In this document: piece after piece, positions 40,584 to 43,369 of the stretch | How the letters are laid out: each line of letters starts with the position of its first letter | How positions within the stretch are numbered: position 1 is the stretch's first letter | Assembly: GCA_945860405.1 (NCBI GenBank) | Contig: CAMARC010000002.1 | Coordinates: 1 to 43,369, forward strand | Direction: 5' to 3' | Origin: Candidatus Kuenenia stuttgartensis | Lineage (GTDB): Bacteria > Planctomycetota > Planctomycetia > Pirellulales > UBA1268 | Length of the DNA stretch: 43,369 nucleotides | Notes under the pieces: generated by a model | What the model was told of the DNA's origin: nothing | The model's database searches: none | The model's input: only the letters and a program-made list of their open reading frames with translations | Made by a program: the position numbers and the translations under genes

Positions 40584-41714
40584 ATGCTGATCGACCGCTA
40601 CATCGCCCGCGCCCAACTCCATGCGTTCGTGATCGTGTTCGTCAGTTTGGCAGGGCTGACATTCGTTGTCGACGCCTTCACCAACATGGAGGAGTTCGTC
40701 ACGCACGCGGCCGAAGGGGGTGGGTTGTGGAAGGTGCTCGGCAAGTACTACGGCTACCGCCTGATCTCGTTCTTTGACGCCACAAGCGCCATCATTTCCC
40801 TGGCCAGCGCCATGTTCGCCCTGTCGTGGCTGGAGCGCCACAACGAATTGACCGCCCTGCTGGCTGCGGGGGTCACCCGCTGGCGGATCGCCCGCGGATC
40901 GATCGCGTTCGCCGCCGTCGTGGCGATCCTCGCTGGCGCCAACCGCGAATTGGTCCTGCCCCGAATCCGGGAAGCGTTCTCCCGCAACGCCCAAGACCTC
41001 AAGGGCAACAAAGACCAGCCGTTCGAGGCCCGCTACGACCACGAGACCGAGATCCTCTTCCGGGGGCGATCGGTGCAAGCTGCGCCCCGCCGGATCGAGT
41101 CGCCCAGCCTCCTCCTCCCCCAGCCGCTGGCGGAACACGGCACGCAGATCGATGCGGCCGAGGCCCACTGGCTCCCCGCTGACGCCCGCCACCCCGCCGG
41201 CTACCTTCTCGGGGCGGTGCGTGAGCCGGCTGGCATCGACCGCCTCGCTCCGATCGAGGCCGGTGGCCGGACGATCATCCAGACACGGGCCGGGGCCGAC
41301 TGGCTGGAACCGGGCCAATGTTTCGTGGCCAGCGACGTCTCCTTCGAGCAGTTGATCGGGTCGTCGAACTGGATCCAGTATTCCTCCACGCCCGAACTCG
41401 TCGCGTCGATCGCCAATCCCGCCCTCGGAGTCGGCGCCGACATCCCGCTCCGTGTCCACGCCCGTTTCGTGGCGCCGTTCCTCGACATGTCGCTGGCCCT
41501 GTTGGGCATCCCGCTGGTGGTCGGCCCCAACCGTCGCGGGATTTTCGTCGCCGTCGGCCTGTGCGTCGCGATGACCGTGTTCTTCTTCCTCGTCACGCTC
41601 GGCTGCCACGCGGCAGCCTCGAGTTACGTGATCAGCCCGTCGGTCGGCGCCTGGGCCCCGCTGCTCATCCTCGCCCCTTTGGCCGCTTGGCGGGCCCAGC
41701 CGATGTGGCAGTGA
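40584..41714 (+). CDS. LptF/LptG (YjgP/YjgQ) family LPS export permease, 376 aa
   Basis: Start at MLIDRYIARAQLHAFVIVFVSLAGLTFV (ATG at 40584). NELTALLAAGVTRWRI, a large central periplasmic region and three C-terminal TM helices. LptF versus LptG cannot be called by eye. Confidence 0.8.
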   Translation: MLIDRYIARAQLHAFVIVFVSLAGLTFVVDAFTNMEEFVTHAAEGGGLWKVLGKYYGYRLISFFDATSAIISLASAMFALSWLERHNELTALLAAGVTRWRIARGSIAFAAVVAILAGANRELVLPRIREAFSRNAQDLKGNKDQPFEARYDHETEILFRGRSVQAAPRRIESPSLLLPQPLAEHGTQIDAAEAHWLPADARHPAGYLLGAVREPAGIDRLAPIEAGGRTIIQTRAGADWLEPGQCFVASDVSFEQLIGSSNWIQYSSTPELVASIANPALGVGADIPLRVHARFVAPFLDMSLALLGIPLVVGPNRRGIFVAVGLCVAMTVFFFLVTLGCHAAASSYVISPSVGAWAPLLILAPLAAWRAQPMWQ

Positions 41715-41971
41715 CACTGCCAACACTCCACGGCCGTGGTCGTACGGCCATCCGGATGGAGCGGTCGTGACGATTGCCCGAAATTGGCAGGCCTCGAGCG
41801 GGGCGTCGCGGATGCCCCCGCCCCCCCGGGCCGCATCCCTTGCCACACCCTCCCCGTTTCGCCAAACCTTTTTTCTCGACCCGGACACCGCCGTCGGCCG
41901 ATCTCTCCTTCTATGGGAGGGCACCGACACCGGCACCGTCCCGCAACGTCCGGCAAAGGAGTGCCCTGGCC

Positions 41972-42412
41972 ATGCGCATCAACACCTCACGATTCGGGCG
42001 CATCGACATCGACGCCGCCGACATCATCAGTTTCCCCAGCGGACTTCCCGGGCTCGAGGGATGCCGCGAATGGGCCCTGCTGGCGGACGCGACCAACGAC
42101 GCCCTCGGTTGGCTTCAGAGCACGACGCGGGGCGACATTGCCCTCGCCGTCGTGAGCCCGAGACGATTCGTCCCCGATTACCAGGTGCGCATCCCGCGCA
42201 GCGAACTCACCCCGCTTGCGATCGCCGATCTCCGCCAGGCCCAGGTGGTGGTCATCGTCGGTAGCAACGGCAGGACCCTCACCCTCAATCTCAAAGCTCC
42301 GATCGTCATTAACCTCGAAGCCCGCACAGGCCGCCAAGTCGTTGCCAGCGGCGAGCTTCCGATGCAGTACGAATTGCCCTGCGCGACTCCCGGCCTCAAA
42401 AAGAGCGCATAA
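41972..42412 (+). CDS. fliW: Flagellar assembly factor FliW (CsrA antagonist), 146 aa
   Basis: Start at MRINTSRFGRIDIDAADIISFPSGLPGLEGCREWALL (ATG at 41972), with AAAGGAG 10 nt upstream. The N-terminal pattern resembles B. subtilis FliW. It lies immediately upstream of csrA. Confidence 0.85.
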   Translation: MRINTSRFGRIDIDAADIISFPSGLPGLEGCREWALLADATNDALGWLQSTTRGDIALAVVSPRRFVPDYQVRIPRSELTPLAIADLRQAQVVVIVGSNGRTLTLNLKAPIVINLEARTGRQVVASGELPMQYELPCATPGLKKSA

Positions 42413-42422
42413 TGATAGTGAC

Positions 42423-42465
42423 AGCCGACCGGGGAATGTCGGCTCCACGACAGGATCAGGAAGGA
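42423..42465 (+). promoter_or_regulatory. csrA leader: a hairpin presenting GGA in its loop, plus three GGA motifs over the Shine-Dalgarno region (candidate CsrA autoregulatory sites)
   Basis: agccgac-cGGGGAat-gtcggct (7-bp stem, 42423-42444), then caGGAtcaGGAaGGAtcgaccgATG (GGA at 42453, 42459 and 42463; ATG at 42473). Confidence 0.5.
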
Positions 42466-42472
42466 TCGACCG

Positions 42473-42745
42473 ATGCTCGTGCTCTCCAGACAGCGTGATG
42501 AAAGCATCATGATCGGTGACAACATCGTTGTCACGATCGTTGACATTCGGGGAGACAAGGTTCGCCTTGGCATCAACGCCCCTTCGGAGATTCCGGTTCA
42601 CCGCCAGGAGGTCTATGAGGCCATCCAGCGCGAGAACCTCCGGGCGGCGCGGCTCGAGCCAGGGGACACCGAGGGACTCGGACGGCTGGCCGACCGGGCT
42701 GCCGTTCAGGGCCCGAAGAAGCCCACCGAAGGCCCGCGTCGCTGA
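42473..42745 (+). CDS. csrA: Carbon storage regulator CsrA with a C-terminal extension, 90 aa
   Basis: [51 protein letters not shown] is a near-canonical CsrA core. An extra ~35-aa charged/Gly/Pro tail follows. Confidence 0.93.
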   Translation: MLVLSRQRDESIMIGDNIVVTIVDIRGDKVRLGINAPSEIPVHRQEVYEAIQRENLRAARLEPGDTEGLGRLADRAAVQGPKKPTEGPRR

Positions 42746-42779
42746 TTTCGTCTCGGGCTTCCTCAGCCCCCGACGAAAT
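42745..42779. terminator. Interrupted hairpin between convergent csrA and the thioredoxin-fold gene (possible bidirectional terminator)
   Basis: atttcgtc-tc-gggc-ttcctca-gccc-cc-gacgaaat. The outer 8 bp and inner 4 bp pair. A/T-rich flanks on both sides. It encloses the stop codon of the minus-strand gene. Confidence 0.4.
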
Positions 42780-43347
42780 AATCGGGCTCCTGCCCCGGCT
42801 TCCACTTGATGTTGCAGCCGAGACTCGGGCGCTGCACTTCGGCGGGCTTGTTCCCTGCCACGAGGGCGTCGAGCGCCGCACGGAGATCGGCTCCGTTCAC
42901 CGGCACCCCGTTCCCGGGGCGGCTGCCGTCGAGTTGGCCACGATAGGCCAGCTTCCGTCCCGCATCGAAGGCGAAGAAATCGGGCGTGCACGCTGCCCGG
43001 TAGTCGCGGGCAACCTCCTGCGTCTCGTCATAGAGATAGGGGAACGGGTAGCCCCGCAACTCCGCCTCGTGAATCATCTGCTCCGGCGAGTCGGCCGGGT
43101 GCCCGGAAACGTCGTTGGAACTGACGGCCACGAATCCGATGCCGCGCGCCGCGTAATCCCGACCGAGCTGGGCGAGTTGGTCGGCCACATGCTTCACGAA
43201 CGGGCAGTGGTTGCAAATGAACATCACGACCGTGCCACGTTCACCGACGACATCCTCGAGCGACAAAACCCTGCCATCGACATTCGGGAGGGAGAAGTCG
43301 GGCGCGGCGGTGCCCAGTGGCAGCATGGTGCTCGGGGTGCGGACCAT
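42763..43347 (-). CDS. Thioredoxin-fold (AhpC/TSA-like) thiol-disulfide oxidoreductase, 194 aa
   Basis: GTAAPDFSLPNVDGRVLSLEDV...VVMFICNHCPFV (CxxC active site)...LGCNIKWKPG. An alternative start is the ATG ending at 43326 (MLPLGTAAPDF). Confidence 0.8.
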   Translation of the reverse strand: MVRTPSTMLPLGTAAPDFSLPNVDGRVLSLEDVVGERGTVVMFICNHCPFVKHVADQLAQLGRDYAARGIGFVAVSSNDVSGHPADSPEQMIHEAELRGYPFPYLYDETQEVARDYRAACTPDFFAFDAGRKLAYRGQLDGSRPGNGVPVNGADLRAALDALVAGNKPAEVQRPSLGCNIKWKPGQEPDYFVGG

Positions 43348-43369
43348 CGGACGAGTCTCCGGGGGGCTG

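Noticed and set aside
41880-41910. A GCCGAT sequence upstream of fliW resembling the -10 element (GCCGATAA) of sigma-28 flagellar promoters.
   Set aside because: No TAAA-like -35 element at the required ~15-nt spacing. The 6-nt match is expected by chance in GC-rich DNA.
40455-41936. N-terminal extension of the comF-family ORF (758 aa in total).
   Set aside because: Antisense to the lptF/G-family permease. ComF-type Cys pairs and the PRTase domain are complete from the internal MTRLRTWLE.

Overview
GC-rich bacterial chromosomal window with about 30 protein genes and one tRNA. I saw no mobile element or CRISPR array. The gene content (LptF/G, LpxA, FliW-CsrA, an HTTM membrane protein, a 1459-aa TPR protein, several Pro/Ala/acidic low-complexity proteins, and many very long antisense 'mirror' ORFs) suggests a Planctomycetota-like organism. 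That assignment is inference only.

Layout:
- 1-11355 (-): one co-directional array joining both 2-oxoacid dehydrogenase complexes, lpd - aceE - aceF - sucA - sucB - lpd. The last lpd is cut by the window edge.
- 11524-19483: an HTTM (vitamin-K carboxylase-like) membrane protein, tRNA-Leu(UAG), a secreted Cys-rich/poly-Glu protein, a giant membrane-anchored TPR protein and a mini TPR protein.
- 19952-30525 (+): a solitary lpxA, then a seven-gene chemosensory operon with the Wsp gene order (MCP-CheW-CheR/TPR-CheW-CheA::REC-CheB). Unusually, it is headed by a membrane-anchored AmiC/UrtA-type solute-binding protein whose stop overlaps the MCP start, and no WspR-like output gene follows.
- 30503-35638 (-): an amidase-signature hydrolase converging on cheB, an acidic single-pass membrane protein and an M32 carboxypeptidase.
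- 35716-43347: housekeeping genes (LmbE-type deacetylase, XerC-like recombinase, NarL-type regulator, hemC, comF-family, lptF/G-family), then fliW-csrA with a GGA-rich csrA leader, and a thioredoxin-fold protein.

The best candidate for something undescribed is the solute-binding-protein-headed, output-less Wsp-like chemosensory module with its adjacent amidase. All functional calls rest on motif recognition by eye; no searches were run.
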